A stretch of DNA of 64,000 nucleotides from Octopus bimaculoides (Eukaryota): assembly GCF_001194135.2 (NCBI RefSeq), contig NC_068988.1, positions 90,848,287 through 90,912,286 of the forward strand, written 5' to 3'. A program made the translations under genes and the position numbers. The notes beneath the pieces are model-generated. The model did not search any database, was not told where the DNA came from, and was given only the letters and a program-made list of their open reading frames with translations. This document shows positions 62,671 through 64,000 of this stretch, piece by piece. Numbering within the stretch: position 1 is the stretch's first letter; each line of letters begins with the position of its first letter.

Positions 62671-63190
62671 GCACACGCAGACGCATACACAAACGGTGGA
62701 TGCGAAGAGGCCCGTATAAGTGCGGAGTAGATACGCACTGAATTATTGCTCAGATTGGTCAGATTTTGTTGCTTTTGTTAATGTAGTTGCCATTGCTATC
62801 CTTGTTTGCCGCAATAAAACTAATGCAGTTATTTGAACTTCAAACATTGAGCGCTTTCCATGGGCAGGGTGAAGGGGGGGATCCTAACATGTGCTACACC
62901 CGTCTTTGCAAGTCATCTCTTACATTTCCCTTCAATTTGATGGATATGGAAACCGATGCTATATTTATAAAAAACTTTTTTTCGAACCAAAATTTCTCCA
63001 ACGAATTTGAGTTACAAATGGGCAAGAAATAAAACACCAACCAGTTCTATAAGTTCTGTTAGTCTAAACAAATATTATGTCCCAAACGTTTAGCAATCAA
63101 CAACTTCTGAACATATAAATTACAAACGACTTGATGCGACATGTGGCCGACATCGCGACAAAGTAGCAGCAGCAGCATCAGCAGCAGCAT

Positions 63191-63223
<33 letters not shown>

Positions 63224-63720
63224 TAGTAGTAGTTTCTACTATAAGCACAAGGTCTGAAATTTGGGGTGAGGGGACTAGTCGATTACATAGAAGAAGAAGA
63301 ATGGGTAGGTAGAAGGTAAAATGTAAAAGAAATAAAAAAGTATCAAAAAAAGGATGACGGTGAGGTGGGGAATAGATCACCACTTGTATAAGGTGTATTA
63401 GTGTCTCTATATTTTGGTTAAGGTTTGGCATGCAGATAGTAACATAGTATGGAAGGCAGAGTAGATAAGATCTAATATTGATCTGTCTTTTGAACTATTA
63501 TGGTAGTTTATTGCGTACTGGTAGAAAACTGAGATAGCTCTCTTTTCGACACAGTCCTTCCAATCTTTCGTTAAAACTCCCTGATGTTTCCCCTATGAAG
63601 TATTCATGGAAATCTGAATGTGCACCTTCCAGATAACAGATTTAATGGACCTACCTTACTTTTCGACGGCCTTGATGTTAAACTTTGTAATATATATACT
63701 GTTAGCCGAAGTGTGTGTGT

Positions 63721-64000
63721 GTTGGCACTCCGTCGCTTACGACGTCGAGGGTTCCAGTTGATCAGATCAACGGAACAGCCTGCTCGTGAAATTAACGTGC
63801 AAGTGGCTGAGCACTCCACAGACACGTGTACCCTTAACGTAGTTCTCGGGGATATTCAGCGTGACACAGTGTGACAAGGCTGACCCTTTGAATTACAGGC
63901 ACAACAGAAACAGGAAGAAAGAGTGAGAGAAAGTTTTGGTGAAAGCGTATAGCAGGGTTCGCCACCATCCCCTGCCGGAGCCTCGTGGAGCTGTAGATGT
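63721..64000 (-). mobile_element. SINE family B, runs off the window edge
   Basis: Reverse complement of family B from its tail to GGAGCCTCGTGGAGC. Confidence 0.9.

Noticed and set aside
62787-63032. 81-aa ORF in non-repetitive sequence
   Set aside because: No recognisable domain or consistent splice signals

Overview
AT-rich, microsatellite-laden eukaryotic genomic DNA with many N gaps. The repeat families suggest an octopus (coleoid cephalopod) draft assembly; this is an inference. The only host gene I can support is a 5-exon ALG14 (UDP-GlcNAc transferase subunit) on the + strand. Its CDS is join(25257..25434,32987..33141,41185..41307,49094..49153,50536..50706), 687 nt = 228 aa + stop, with all introns GT-AG and phases consistent. 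Most of the rest is transposon-derived. It includes several tRNA-headed SINE families (my labels A, B, C1, C2, F), RTE-clade LINEs, R4/Dong-type RLE LINE ends, a Penelope-like element (PLE), Tc1/mariner relics, and hAT-, Merlin- and CACTG-type MITEs. Three observations stand out. (1) There are four minimal type-I hammerhead ribozyme-like motifs, one of them at the 3' end of a tRNA-headed SINE-like element inside ALG14 intron 1. (2) An R4/Dong-type LINE has both copies flanked on both sides by (CATA)n, which suggests tetranucleotide-microsatellite targeting. (3) Dense inverted SINE pairs surround ALG14 exons. All family assignments are by eye, with no database searches.
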